Assembly (NCBI RefSeq): GCF_009914755.1
Contig: NC_060934.1
Source of the DNA: the human T2T-CHM13v2.0 reference genome, Homo sapiens
DNA length: 64,000 bases
Strand: one strand, 5' to 3'
Both the position numbers and the translations under genes were made by a program. Below are positions 1 through 16,617 of the stretch, one piece after another. Below the pieces are notes generated by a model. That model was given only the letters and a program-made list of their open reading frames with translations, did not search any database and was not told where the DNA came from. The stretch's first letter is position 1; every line of letters starts with the position of its first letter.

Positions 1-269
1 GTCAGACCCTCCCTCACTCCTGGTGGAACGTCTACTCTGCGAGAATGCAGTGGAGTAAACGTGGCACATCTCAGAAGGTCGCTGATGAATTACGAAGTAG
101 AATACAAGATGGGTGCTCTTGAAGCTTCCGGTAAATGCTGTGTTTGCCATGGGCTGTGGCCAGCACTAGCTCCACCCCCAGGAAGTATTCGGCTGCCCAA
201 TAACAAAGGCTTTGCTGGATCACTTGTGACTATGAGGTAGTGTGGCTGCTTTTTAAATTGCAAGGTAGT

Positions 270-561
270 GGCCGGGCGCCATGGCTCACGCCTGTAATCC
301 CAACACTTTGGGAGGCCGAGGTGGGCAGATTGCGTGAGGTCAGGAGTTTGAGACCAGCCTGGCCAACATGGCAAAACCTTGTCTCTACTAAAAATAAAAC
401 AATTAGCCAGGCGTGGTGGCGTGTGCTTGTAATTCCAGCTACTCGGGAGGCTGAGGCAGAGCTCTTGAACCTGGGAGGTGGAGGTTGCAGTGAGTAGAGA
501 TCACGTCACTGCACTCCAGCCTTGGCAACAGAGCGAGACTGTCTCAAAATAAAAATAAATA
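270..561 (+). mobile_element. Alu (AluS)
   Basis: GGCCGGGCGC start, two arms, A-rich tail. Confidence 0.95.
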
Positions 562-573
562 AGTTGCAATATA

Positions 574-1013
574 CATATGCTCCTCGAATTATGATGGGGC
601 TACATCGTGGTAAGCTCATTGGAAGTTGAAAATATTGTAAATCGAAAATACATTTAATACACCTTACCCACCAAACATCACAGCTTAGCCTAGCCTACCT
701 TAAAGGTGCTCTAAACACTGCCACTGGCCTACAGTTGGGCAAAATCATCTAATGTCAAGCCTGTTTTATCATAGAGTGTTGAATGGCTCATGTACTTTAT
801 TGAATTCAGTACACTGTAGACTATCAGTTGTTTACTCTTGTGACTGTATGGCTGAGCAGCGCTGCCAGAGCGTATTGTACCGCGTACTGCTAGCCTGGGA
901 AAAGATCAACATTCAAAATTGGAAGTACAGTTTCTACTAAAAGTACATTGCTTTTGCACCAGTGTAAAGTAGAAAAATCATAAGTCAGACCATCATAGGT
1001 TAGGGACAGTCTG
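574..1013 (+). mobile_element. MER47B-like Tigger (TcMar) DNA transposon
   Basis: Termini CATATGCTCCTCGA and TAGGGACAGTCTG, TA on left flank, internal GCTTAGCCTAGCCTACCTTAAA. Confidence 0.8.
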
Positions 1014-1019
1014 TGATAT

Positions 1020-1330
1020 AATTTACCTGTCCAAATGATTGCTACCGCTTTCAAAGTAGTCACTGTATTTCTCTGATGCTTGCTATTTCTTGAAACATTT
1101 TTGATAATCTTTTGGGTTTGCCCTTGAGGCTTGTGTCAGATTTGTCAACGCGTTTTCACTGGTGATAAATCTTCCTGTGCTCGAGAATGGATTTGATTTT
1201 TTTTTTCAAATGCCAAAAGTCACTTAAAGTCAAGTCTAGTGAACAGAGATAGAGGAGGAGGAATGGGTGATTATGCCTGGTCAACCCAGTTTCATAAAAT
1301 GAAGTGTGACTACAAAGTAATTACTGTGGG
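1020..1330. mobile_element. MARNA-like mariner fragment
   Basis: TGGATTTGATTTTT..CCAAAAGTCA..CAAGTCTAGTGAA..GTGTGACTACAAAGTAA resembles recalled MARNA. Confidence 0.55.
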
Positions 1331-1415
1331 TTCTTGGGGATTATGGTGAGAGGTCTGGTCCAAACTTGAAAACAATAAAAATAAGATTTTGTTCTTTTTG
1401 AGATTTTAACTTTAA

Positions 1416-1825
<410 letters not shown>

Positions 1826-2313
1826 CTACATCTCAACAGATTTGATCAGAGATACATAAGTTTGCCCAGAAAGAGAAAGAATGATTCCCAGTGCTGGCAT
1901 AGTTTATCTAGAACATATGTTCATCACTCCATAGAATGATTGGGCCTGAATGGAAGGGGGTAAGTGGAGGCAGGGTGGGAGGTGCAGTTGGGGAAGGGAG
2001 ATGAACCCAGGAAGCAAACGTGATCTTAGCCAATAGGTGTTGAATATTTGGGTCCCTTACCGGGTGGTAAGGCCTTTTATGTGGCAGAAATGGAGGCTTG
2101 GGGTTACTTTAGCTGATCATGTTACATTGAACTCTCCTAATTCCATGCCTCCCAAGGAACACCTACATCCTGGATATGTCCCTCATATATGAACTCATTA
2201 TCATCCAGAATAGAGATTATCATTCTTTTGCCAAAGAAGATTCTGAGACTGAGAGATACCAGGCAGGCTGTCCTGGGTCTCACAGCCAAGCTGGGATTCA
2301 AAACAAGGTTGAG

Positions 2314-2690
2314 ATACACAGCATGGAATATTATTTCGCCCTAAAAAGGAATGAAATCCTGACGTGGATGGAACCTGAAGACATTATGCTAAGTGAAAGA
2401 AGCCAGACACAAAAAGACAAATATTGTATGATTGCACTTAGATGAGGTAATTAAACAGGCAAATTCATAGAGACAACAGAATAGAGGTTGTCACGGGCTG
2501 AGGTGGTGGCAGATGGGGGGTTATTGCTTAATGGTTACAGCATTTCTGTACTGGATGATGAAAAAGTGTTGGAAATATTAGTGATTGTTACATGACATTG
2601 TGTATGCATTTGATGCCACTGAATTGCACATACGAAAATGGTTAAAATGGTGTTTGATGTTACATGTATTTTGACACAATTAAAAAAAAA
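2314..2690 (+). mobile_element. L1MB 3' end, inserted into a MIR
   Basis: ATGGAATATTATT..GACATTATGCTAAGTGAAAGAAGCCAGACACAAAA..GCCACTGAATTG..A tail; MIR-like sequence on both sides. Confidence 0.85.
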
Positions 2691-3429
2691 GGAAAAAGGG
2701 GGAAAGGAGGTCTGATAGTTTCAAAGCCCACATGTGTAATCCCTCTGCCACTCTACCTCTGTTGACCCTGCTTCCAGGGTGAGAGCCTAAGGATCGTGCC
2801 TCAAGGGCCCTGGCTGAGTGAGGGCTACATGACTCACTTGAAACCAGTGCACTGACATTATGGATTTATACATCAGTACTTTCAACCTGGTTAATGTGAG
2901 TCTTCCCCTGAGAATGAAAAATCAGGTTTCTGAGCCTGCAGAATAAAGAGATGGCTTAACACACTGAAGAATTCACCAGAGTAATGGATACCACCATGGA
3001 AGCCTTCTGGAGACTGAGTTTTTGCCTTACCATGGTGATATGTCTCTCTGATTTAGCCTGTCACACTACAATAAGAAAACAAGTTTTCTTGGTGACTCAT
3101 AAACTGAAGTCAAGGAAAAGGCTCTGAGCAGTAGCTGCCTGGCTGGAACAAACTTCATCTTTTCAAATAAACTTTTTCAACAATTGTACCTATCTGGATT
3201 TATATCTTTTGTTAAAAAATTTAAAAGGTCAGTCCCATTACTTTACACAACAGTTATTATAGACCATATGTATCAATTTCCAGGAAGAAAAGCCTACATT
3301 TATTACTTGCAATTTACAAATGGAGAAGTAAAGGCCGTGAAGAGGGAGAAAATAGATCCCAGAAGATGTTGAGGTTACAACTCCTGACTCTTAGCTGCTT
3401 TTAAAGCCACACACATTTTTTCTGCTGTC

Positions 3430-3602
3430 ATGGTGACTGGCAACAGCCCAGAAGGTGGCTGCTCTGTCAATGAGAGTGAGAGTTGATGGATGGGCATGTA
3501 GTGAGAGTGAGAAATACACATCATTGTTTCACTGTTTAAGTCACAGAGACATTGGGGGTTGTTTGTCATTGCAGCATAACCTAGCCTATCCTGATTGATT
3601 CA
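3430..3602 (+). mobile_element. Old MLT1 (J/K/L-type) LTR 3' fragment
   Basis: GGGGTTGTTTGTCATTGCAGCATAACCTAGCCTATCCTGA terminus. Confidence 0.6.
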
Positions 3603-4578
3603 GGCACTGAGTCTTTTATTTTCTGTACAGTTGATTTAAAACAATTTGTGGCATCAGCTCCTTGATTTCCTGATCTTGCAAATGAAGACAATATCCCCCG
3701 CTGATGTGACAGTGATTAATATACTACATTGTTCTGAAAGTTTCTTAAACTCCTTCAGAGAAAGTTGCTGGGCAAGCAGAAAGCAATCTGCTCTTATGTG
3801 CTTTGAAGGGATGTTTACAGAATCCCGCTGAGTATAATTTGCCAATTACTGGTGCTGTAAACATTTGTGGAGCTTTGCAGGGATCGGACTGGGAGCAAGG
3901 CCAGAAAGGCAGCTAGTAGCCCAATCGCATTCTATTGGACAATCTGGGCAGGAGCCCAGAGGCCACGTGAGCAAGGCAGCCTGTGCTCCCTGGGTTTGTC
4001 AGAATTAGCCTCTTGTGGGCCATCAGCCGTCCTGGCCCTAAGAGGTCATTACATCTAAGACTGGCTTTCTCTTAGCCCATAATTAGCTTTGTTCAATCAA
4101 ATAGTTTCTCTCTTTTCTTTTTGTATCTCAAAATCTTTTTCCATTGTCCCTCTTAGCTTTTATTTCTCCTGATACCTGACAAATAAAACCTCCTTGCAAA
4201 CATCCCTCCTTAACATATACTTCTCAGTGGCACCACTCACAGAGCTAATAGGACAGTCTTTCCAACACCAACTGGGCTTAGAAACCTGGGCTTCAGCCAT
4301 GTGCTTTAGCAAGGAAAGGAAAGCACTGGTTCTAAATACTTAGGGAAGAAAGGAGAGGAGCTCTCAGTCAGTGCTTTGTGGCTCCAGGACCCAGATCTGA
4401 GTTCTTGAGAACACTGGATGATTCCAGTGGGAACTGTTCACGTTCCCAGCATATTACAGGGTTCCAGATCAGGTCCTGACTACTTCCTGGCCTGCTTCTT
4501 CCAGGCAGGACACGACTAACTAGAATGATCAAAACAGCACTTAACGTGTTGCAGGGCTGTAAAGCGCTCTAGGCACAC

Positions 4579-4923
4579 TGATATGGTTTGGCTGTGTCCC
4601 CATCCAAATCTCACCTTGAATTGTAATAATCCCCAGGTGTCAAGGGCGAGGCCAGGTGGAGATAACTGAATCATGGGTGTGGTTCCCCCATCTATTCTGA
4701 TGGTAATGAATAAGTCTCACAAGATCTGACGGTTTTATAAACGGGAGTTCCCCTGCACAAGCTCTCTTGCCTGCCGCCATGTAAGATGTGCCTTTGCTTC
4801 TCCTTTGCCTTCCGCCGTGATTGTGAGGCCATGTGGAACTGTGAGTTCACTAAACCTCTTTCCTTTATAAATTACCCAGTCTCAGGTATGTCTTTATTAG
4901 CAGCATGAGAACAGACTAATACA
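4579..4923 (+). mobile_element. THE1 (MaLR) solo LTR
   Basis: TGATATGGTTTGGCTGTGTCCCC...GACTAATACA with perfect 5-bp TSD CACAC. Confidence 0.95.
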
Positions 4924-5268
4924 CACACCCACATGACAACATCCTTTCAGGTGACTTCCATGAGCCCTTCAGGTAAATTCTGGGGAAAGGAATTCAAGGA
5001 TGAAGTAGCACCCAGGCACCTCACCAATTCCTCACAGAATACTATATTCCACAGTATACTATACTACATACAGTATCAAGCTCTAAATGCTAGCCTGGTA
5101 TTTACCATCACTTATATATTATGCCACCAACTTAAACTTGACATGTGTCTATCCAGATAGATGATCTTAGACAAATTACGCAAGCTCTCTGGGCCTCAGT
5201 TTTCTCATCTGTACAATGATGGACTACTGTACCATAAAAAGAATTCCTATACTAAGACATTATTTATG

Positions 5269-5576
5269 TTATTATTATTATTGTTTTTAGATACAGGGAC
5301 TTATTCTGTTGCCCAGGCTGGAGTGCAGTGGTGCCATAATATCTCACTGCAGCCTCCAATCCTGGGATCAGTGATCCTCCAGCTTCAGTCTCCTGAGTAG
5401 GGGGGGACTACAGGTATGTACCACCATGGCTGGCTAATTAAAAAAAAATTTTTTTTTGTAAAGATGGATTCTTTCTATGTTGCCCAGGCTGGTCTTGAAC
5501 TCCTGGCCTCAAGTGACCCTTTTTCTTTGGCTTCCCAAAGTGCTGGGATGACAAGTGTGACCCAATGCACCCAGCC
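5269..5576 (-). mobile_element. Alu (AluJ)
   Basis: Reverse-complement Alu dimer. Confidence 0.9.
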
Positions 5577-5950
5577 TTTATTCCTTATGTTATTATTAAA
5601 TTTAGCTTCTTCCTTTCCTACAAACGATCCTGCCTTCCTAAGAGTGTTATTCACCCATTCGAAAAAACTTGAACACCATCTGCATCCTTCATGATCTCTT
5701 GAATCTAGTCAGTTAATATATCCTGTCTTTCTTATATAATTTCAGGTAAGTTACTAAACCTCTCTGTGCCTCAGTTTCCTCTCAGCTATTAAATGAGGAT
5801 AATGACTATACCCAGGTCACAAGGCTGTTTTGAGAATTAAATAAATTAGTCTGATCTATATGAAGTACTTAGAATATGCCTGGCATGGAACGTTACTTGT
5901 ATTCATTATTTCAGATCCTAATCATAAATTATTTAAAAAATTCCATGTAT

Positions 5951-6275
<325 letters not shown>

Positions 6276-6654
6276 TCAAGTTCTAAATGCTAGCCTGGTA
6301 TTTAAGACCACCCTATGAACCCAGCCCCAGTTTACCTATCCAACCTCACTTTTGCCCAGTTCCCTACAAAAATATCCATTTCTGTTCAATCTATTTGATT
6401 GAACTAAAGAAAACACTGATCTCATTTTTATTTCCAAATCTTTGTACATTCCATTCTCCCCCTCCCCCTTCCCATTTAAATTTTATCCTGCTCAAAGCCC
6501 TCTTCCTCCATGAAGCCCTCCCTGACCATCCTGCCTACAAATGCTCTCTCCCTCCTCTGGATTTCTACAGCACTCAACACAGGCAGCTTAGTCACACTTG
6601 GCACATGTGCTCTTGTGTTGTGGTAAACTTTGTGTGACATGATTTGTTACACTC

Positions 6655-7350
<696 letters not shown>

Positions 7351-9204
7351 CCCTCAGATAGAAACCCCGAAGACCTCGTTTCCGTGTAATTGAAGGGAAC
7401 TCAGCACTGGTTGGTTGTGACATGAGTGATCTCAGTGCGAAGCCTGCATTGACATTGGTGTTCTCTCTCCACTGTCCCTGTGGCACTCTGGGCTGGGAAG
7501 GCAGGCGGGCCTTGGTCTCAGCCGACCTTGGGTCACTCCATGGTGAAGCAGGCCCCTTAAGCTTCTTCTTGTTAACCTATTCCCTTGGGGCATCTCACAG
7601 ATTCTAAGTCAAAAGAGTTGCCACTTCTGAGTTAATTGTATCTCAAAAAAAAAAAAAAAATTCAAACAGCAAACAAGCAGTAACCATCAGGTGACTCCCA
7701 TCTGTGCTTTGGGAGGAACCACGGTCTCCTCTGAAGAGTGACACTCTCAGCTCCTGCTCTTCGCCAAGGGTGTTTTTTGACAATCCCTTTGTCACTGCAG
7801 AGCCCCCAGTGACTGCTAAGCTGCCAGGGTTTGGACACGCATGGCCGGATGGCACAGCCACAGCCGCCGCTCTGTGCCCAGCACTGCCTGCCCATCCACT
7901 CTGCCCGGGACCCCGGGACCTGCTGGATGGGTGGCTCCCTGCCCTTTAGGAGTGGGTGCAGCTGTGGGATGGCAGACAGGGGCTGTCTGGGAGTGACTGT
8001 GAAACGTGGCCCGTCTGCCCCCATCTCTCTGGACAGGAGGGGCCGGGGTTAGCTTTTCGGAAAACCCAGAGGGAAAGAGCAGGGGAAGGAGCGCAGCTTT
8101 GAATAAATGAGCCTGAGCAAGCTGCCGGGTCTGAAGCCTGGGCTGTCACTGTGTGTCCCTCTCCATCCCCATGGGGGCTCTGAGCCCAGCAATGGCTCAG
8201 CGGCTGCTCATTATTCCCGGGGAGGGGAAGCTGCTGCGGGGGGTGCATGAGGTGACTCTGTGCAGCTCTGTCCACTGTGTGGCCAGCAGGTCTGGGCGGC
8301 GACTCCCCTCCTTGTCGCCCTGCTGCTTAGCTGGGAAGGCTGGTTTCCTTCCTGCCTCTCCAGCACAGCCCTGGGTTCTGTGGCAGGGGACACAGGGAGG
8401 CTACTTCCTGTAGGCAGACGGGTGTGAAGAACAATGGAGTTGCACTGTCTTGGCTCTCAGGCACCCAGAACAGGTAGGAGAGACCCCGAAGCCAAGATCA
8501 GAGACCCGCCTGCCAGAGGTGGCATCTCTTTACCCAGAGGTCCCTGCCCAGCCTGAACCGGGATCCATTCGTGCACATGAGACAAATCCTTTACCTCTAG
8601 TCTAGGAGTGACAGTGGCATCACATCGCTGCAGCAGAACAGCAAAGCTGCCAACAACACTGCCCACCTGTCCCCGCCTGCAGCTGCTACTTCACATGAAT
8701 TCATGCAGCCAGCCCTAGAAACCAGAAACACCTGAAGTAGACACCAGGATTGCCCCCATGTGATAGAGGGAACTGAGATACAGCCAGAGAAGCAACTCGC
8801 CAAATTCACACAGCGAATCAGTGGGAGAACTGAACTGCGGCACACAGGTGGGCATGGGTCACCCAGGATTATAGGAAGAGCCAGAGAGACCATCTGCCCA
8901 GCCCACTTCATGACGGCAGCAGAAAGGAAAGCCTAGAGGAGGCCAGAAACCTGTCCAGGACGAGGGTGGGCACCTTGGTTACCAGCATAGGTGAGGTGGC
9001 CCCGAAGTGCCCGCCACACCTCCATCCTTTGCCCCCGCTAATGTTACACTTAGGGGACAGAGCAGGTCTCGAAGATCCGAAGCAGGAAGGAAAGAAACAA
9101 AGTACATCAAGGAAAGGGGTAAAAGTGGTCACTGACAGAAATGGAAACGATATATATATATATACATACACACACACATATGTACACACATAGATCTATA
9201 TGTA

Positions 9205-9408
9205 TGTATCTATTTGTGATGTACAACATGATGTTTTCATGTATATGCACATGTGGGCTGACCCATCAAGCTAATAAACATATCCATCACCTATCATACT
9301 TACGATTTTTGTAGTGAGAACATTTCCAAACTACTCTCAGCAATTTTCAAGCATTGAAGACATTGTTATTAGCTACAATAACCACGATGTACAATAGATC
9401 TCCTAAAC
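9205..9408 (-). mobile_element. L1MA 3' fragment
   Basis: TACAACATGATGTTTT..ATCAAGCTAAT..ACATATCCATCACC..GTACAATAGATCTC. Confidence 0.75.
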
Positions 9409-11296
9409 AAAGCTTTGCTTGCTTTTAAATTCTGGGGTTCAGATCTAGCAAATAACAGCCTCTCCTGAAGTCAAAAGCCAAGCCACCTTTTCTAAATGCA
9501 ATAGAATTTTGCCAGACAGTAAGTTCCTGGAAGGGAGGGATCACATTTGATCGACATTTGTGGACTTACACCCCAATACAGTCCCTGACACACAGTAGGT
9601 GCCTAATGAAAGTTTCCTATTGGTAGAATGGGACAGAATAAAGGGTGGCATATGCAGTTGTTCTACCACGAGACAGGATGGAACCTGGACACCCTCTTGA
9701 GCTGGTTTGAAGGAGAGATCTGCTAGGCAGAGACTGCGGTGCTGCACAGAGCCAGATGGGACCAGGTGTCGCATGCTCACTGATGCCAGAGAGCCACTGG
9801 GTTTCAATCAGATCACACAGCTCCAGGCAGCCATGAAGGGGCCTGTGACAGATACTTGTGTCCCCAGGAAAGGATATGTCTTGTCCCTATTCCCAAACCC
9901 TATATCTGTGCCCTCTTCTTCCTCACCCAACTCCTCCCCAAACCAACAAAGTCACAGCTCCCTTTAATAGCTCCTTCTCTCTCCCCTCCTTCTCTCTCTC
10001 CTTCCAAGTGACTCTGCCATTTAACCCAGGGGTGAGGTCTCCCTGGGAGCAATGCTTTTAGTCTCCCCATTTGTCCCTCTCCTTCCCCTTTATGCTTTTA
10101 TTCCCTGGGTGTCATCTTCTTATTTCCACATAGTTTCTTCCATATTTTCCTAAGATGCAGTCTGGTCCCTGTGTTCTCTGAAAAGTTGGGACTGATACCC
10201 ATGTGGGAGGGAGGCTTTCTCATCCATGCATTTGAATGATGCCCAATGGGAAGGCTTTGACAGGCGTACATAATGATTGCTCCTCTAGAAATGCAAAGTG
10301 CTCACAAGCCAGCCAGCCGGCTGGGGAGCCTGCTCTATTCATGATCCCCGGGGGACTCTGGGAGGCGGGCAGGTGTTCATTAGGGAGGCCTCCTGATGAA
10401 TAGAGCAACCCCCAGACTCCAGCCTGCTCAGGGCAATGTCACCAGGACTGTGAGTCTAGCGTGGCTCCCCTTGGCAAGCCTCTCTGCATTAATGAAATGA
10501 TAACTGTTTCGGTAAGGAGAAAACAGAAAAAGACAGGCAGTGCTCAACCTGCCTCTGCCAGATAGGACTGCCAAGTCTGCAGCCCAAATTCTGAGATATT
10601 TATAGAAAATATGGGGATGATAAACGAAGCAACATCTTGGGATTCCAAGCTCCATCTTCCATGGCCATCTGGTCTGCCACTTCCATTTTTTTGTTGTTGT
10701 TGTTAAAAGAAAGCCTGCCCTGCAGACTCTGTGATGACCCCATCTTGTCCTGCAGTGAGTAATAAATCACTATTTCTGATAAAAGCTGCCCGTGCACTCA
10801 CTGGGAGGTGAGGTATGTTCTATAAGATCAAATGACACATTGGCAGATTGGTACCTTTCCACGGGGCCAAATGACACCAGGACCAACTCAAACTAGATAT
10901 CTTCATGACACTGCACACTGAATTATTCCATTTGCTCGATGTTCAAGGAAGAGCAGAGAAGAGTGTCTGTCAACCAAGAACACAGGGACCAGCCACTTGC
11001 TACTTTTCCAGTGTAACGGACGGAAGGTGTGGCTCGTATGACATCTGCTATCCTCAGCTGTGGCTGGCATTCGAAGACTGTGTCTCTATTGCCATCAGAC
11101 TGGAAAGGGAAAGCTTGCCTTTTAGCAGGATGGTGGTGAGAGCCAAGTTCAGAGGGGGTTAAAAAATAATAATATATCACTTCCAAGATTAAGTTACAGA
11201 AAAAATATTAGTACAGTCAACCCTGCATATCCACAGGTTCTGCATCTGTATATTCAACCAACCATGGATCAAAAATACTTAAAAACAAAAAAACCA

Positions 11297-11629
11297 GGCT
11301 GGGTGCGGTGTCTCCCGCCTGTAATCCCAGCACTAAGGGAGACCAAGGAGGGTGAATCATGAGGTCAGGAGTTCAAGACCAGCCTGGCCAACATGGTGAA
11401 ACCCTATCTGTACTAAAAATACAAAAAAAAAAAAAAAAAAAAATTAGCTGAGCATGGTGGCACGTGCCTATGATCCCAGCTACTCAGGAGGCTGAGGCAG
11501 AATTGCTTGAACCCAGCAGGTGGAGGTTGCAGTGAGCTGAGATTGCACTACTACACTCCAGCCCGGGTGACAGAGCAAGACTCTATCTCAAAACAAAAAA
11601 TAATAAATAAATAAAGATAAAAATAAAAA
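11297..11629 (+). mobile_element. Alu (AluS) with expanded middle A-run
   Basis: Alu dimer inside MER2. Confidence 0.93.
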
Positions 11630-11685
11630 CCAATACACCAATAATAAATAACACAACAATATAGTATAACAACTATATAGCATTA

Positions 11686-12035
<350 letters not shown>

Positions 12036-12088
12036 TCAAGTATACAGGAGGATGTGTCTAGGTTATATGCAAATGACATCACACTTTG

Positions 12089-12954
12089 CAGTCATTTTCC
12101 CTTCATTCCTGGGGGACACTTTCCAAGACTCCCAGTAGATACCTGAAACCATGGGTAACACCAAACCCTATATATACTGCTTTTTGTCCTATACATACAT
12201 ACCTATGATAAAGTGTAATTTTTAAAGTAGGCAGAGTAAGAGATTAACAACCATAACCAATAATAAAATACAACAATTCTAACAGATGCCAGCATCACTA
12301 CACTTGCACTTTGAGGCCATTATGAAATCAAGTAAGGTTGACTTGAACACAAGTGCTGCCATCCTGAGACAGTTGATCAGATCACTGAGATGGCTACTAA
12401 CTGACTAAAGGTGGGGAGCGTCAACACTAGGGGTCCCCAAACCCCGGGCCGCAGACCAGTACTGGTCCGTGGCCTGTTAGAAACTGGGTTGCACAGCAGT
12501 GGGCAAGCGAGCATTACCACCTAAGCAGCAGTATTAGATTCTCCCGGGAACCCGAACCCTACTGTGAACTGTGCATGCGAGGGATCTAGGTTGTATGCTC
12601 CTTATGAGAATCTAACTAGTGCCTGATGATGTGAGGTGGAACAGTTTCATCCTGAAACCATCCTTGCCCCTCCCCACCCTGGTCCATGGAAAAACTGTCT
12701 TCCATGAAACTGGTCCCTTGTGCCAAAAAGCTTGGGGATCACTGGTCTATACAGTGTGGCAATGCCAGACAAAGGGATGATTCTTGTCCTGGGCAGGGTG
12801 GAGCAGGACAGCATGAGATCTCCTCATGCTACTCAGAATGGCACCCAATTTAAAACCTACAGATGGTTTATTTCTGGAATCTTGTATTGAATCATTTCAG
12901 ACTGTGGATAACTGAAACGTGGAAAGTAACACCGCAGATAAGAAGGAACTACTG
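12089..12954 (+). mobile_element. MER44B (Tigger7-derived), interrupted by MER1B
   Basis: CCTATACATACATACCTATGATAAAG..AGTAAGAGATTAACAA..GCTACTCAGAA..GCAGATAAGAAGGAACTACTG. Confidence 0.8.
12428..12744 (+). mobile_element. MER1B (hAT-Charlie3 MITE)
   Basis: TAGGGGTCCCCAAACC..GTGCCAAAAAGCTTGGGGATCACTG; degenerate 8-bp TSD GTCAACAC/GTCTATAC. Confidence 0.9.
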
Positions 12955-15264
12955 CATCTAAGGGACTTGAGCATCTGATGATTTTGGCATCTTAGCAGGG
13001 TCCTGCAACCAATGCCCTGTGGATGCCAAGGGATAACTGTGCTGTGATTCTCCTAAAACGTGTCTGTTTCATGGAATCTGGGTGGTCAATTTGTAATCGG
13101 CCTTCAGGGCTCTGAAAGCCAGTTCTACCCGATGTGTACCTTGATCAGCATCTGCCTCACTTTGAACATTGCAACAATAACCTCTACCTCCCAAAGCTGT
13201 CACGAGGACTCAATAAATGATCATTCACAAGGGACCTGGTACATGAGAGGTGCTCAGTAAATGAGGGTTCCCCCTTTCTCCTTAATCAGTAACTGAATCC
13301 CTATTAAAATTATCCCCTCCTCACTTTGACAAAGACCTTCTCTGATCAGAATCTAAATACCCTTCAGGGTGAGCTGTCATCCTTCATCTCGGGAACCATG
13401 AATAAATCATCACTACACGGTGAGGGGAATAGAACGCAGGCCACTTCCCTTGGAATTAAACTTATTTGAGCAGCCTTGCCCTACACAGCATACTTTCTTA
13501 TTCCCAGTGTCTGCTCAGAAATACCCGCTGCATCTACTATAGGATTTCTCCTCCTTGCACCTGTCTCTGCCTATTGGTTCTTTGGGGTTAAAATTCCATT
13601 TATTGGCCAGAAGAAAAAGAAGTCCCTCTCCGGCCCCAGTGATACGCCCAGAGACATGGCACTGGCTTTTCATTTAAGTTGGAAGTTCCCTAAGTGCTCT
13701 CCCCTGTGAATCCTCTCCCTAAAGCGTTACCTCCCCATGGCTCTTGTGGATGACTGGCAGGTGCATGTTAGAGAGATACATTTTGCTCAGCTGATGATGT
13801 CGTTTTCGATACAATTAAAAAGACACCCTTACTGGGCTAGAAGAGTAATGAAAAAGTACAGTACCGATACTGCTCTCCCGGGAGGCTAAAGAGGGAAGAT
13901 CAACTCTGGGCTGAAAAATATTTATTCCTAAACAGCATTTTCATGAAAGTCAGGCGAGCAAGGATGTAAAAGCCACACAGCCCCTTCCCTTCTGGCATGT
14001 AATTAATGGATGAAAACAGACACGTGTCCTCGGGTCCAAAGAAAACTTGAGTCTGTAACACCCTCCATCCTGGACTGAAAATATTAATTTATTCTATATT
14101 CTACATACTTCCAAAGGTTTAGAGGAGGTTTACGGAATTCAAAATAGCACAGAATAGGGGGATTAGGAACTTAAGTAAGACAAAGTCCACTGAAGACGGT
14201 GAGGCATTTATGAGACAAATGAATTTCTACTGCAGGGCACAGAATTGGACTCTGTAGAGGGAGATCTCGCGAGGTTACACAAGCTTCGTTAGCAGACAAA
14301 AGAAACGGGTTAGCTTTTTCCAAGAAGTACACATAAGGGGTATCAGGCATCATGGCTTCAACACAGTTTCAGAGAAAACCAGAAATGTGGCTGGCATGAA
14401 ATGTCTCATGGTCTAGCCCCCAACAAAGCCCAGCACACAAGCACGATCTGCGCCGTTCCCACAGCCTGGGGCAGATTTCAAGCCCATCTCCCGAAACCCG
14501 ACAGGATATTCTGGGTGAGACCTGATGTTAGACATTTACATAAGCGAATTTGGCCTGAAATTTTGGAGGCGATGTTTTATTAGGTTTTTAACGCATGCTA
14601 ATGTCGGCCATTAGGCAGCTTGGCACTGACATTTTGTCTTGATTCTGAAGCCAAACCACATAATAAATATGAAGTCAGTCTCAATTCAGGCAAAGCGAAA
14701 CAGCCTCCTGCAGACTGATAAGCCAAGAGGTAGGAATGTTCAGAAAATCACGGTCAAGAAAGCAAAAGCAGATGAGCTGAGCCAAGGGCCCTGGGATCTG
14801 AGAGAGGGGTTCGGAGGTTCCGGCAGTCTGTAAGTCTGCCAGGAAGCAAGGAATGGGCTAGATCTCCAAGCCTACCCCCAGGAGATTGGAGGGTGAGGCC
14901 CGCACGCCAGGAGGAGTGGGAGAGGAGGAGGGAGAAGGGGCCCCTCTGCTCCTGCCTGCTTCGGGGAGCCCTGCTCTTTAATGCTGGGCTCAACTGCTGC
15001 CTGGCTGCTCCGAGCCCCTTGGGCTCGAAGCCCCTCCCCTGTCTCTACTGCCCAAATACCATTTATGCAAGACCCCGCTCTGTAGCTCCTCTGCAGAGAG
15101 AGCTGCCTTGCTCAGCTGCTCATGGCGGGGCTCTCAGAGTGCTCCAAGCTCCAGCAGGCCTCGTCTGAGGCACTGTCCTACCACATTTCCATCTTTTTTT
15201 CTAAATCCATGCCTTTTCAAGGATGGCAACATCTTGAAAGCAGGGATGGTATTATCCACATCTC

Positions 15265-16212
<948 letters not shown>

Positions 16213-16347
16213 CAAGCCTCACCCAAATGGTCAGTGTTAAATGATGGCCTGGATGGACCAATGAATGAAGGAGTGAATGGTGAGGTGGAATAGGATTTTA
16301 GCAGGAGAAGCTTTCACATTGATAAACAAAACGAAAAACATTCTTCC

Positions 16348-16617
16348 GGCAGGGCATGGTGGCTCACACCTCTAATCCCAGCACTTTGGGGGTCCGAGGC
16401 AGGAAGACTCCTTGAGGCCAGGAATTCGAGACCAGCCTGGGCAACAAAGTGAGACCCCATCTCCACAAAAAATAAAAAAATTAGCTGGGTGTGGTGCCGT
16501 GTGCCTGTGGTCCCAGCACAGGAGTTTGAGGCTGCTGTGAGCCATGATTGTGCCACTGCACTCCAGCCTGGGCAACAGAGTGAGGTCCCATCTCAAAAAA
16601 AGGCAAAAAGCAAAAAC
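16348..16617 (+). mobile_element. Alu (AluJ) with right-arm deletion
   Basis: Alu; GTCCCAGCA joined directly to CAGGAGTTTGAGGCTG. Confidence 0.88.
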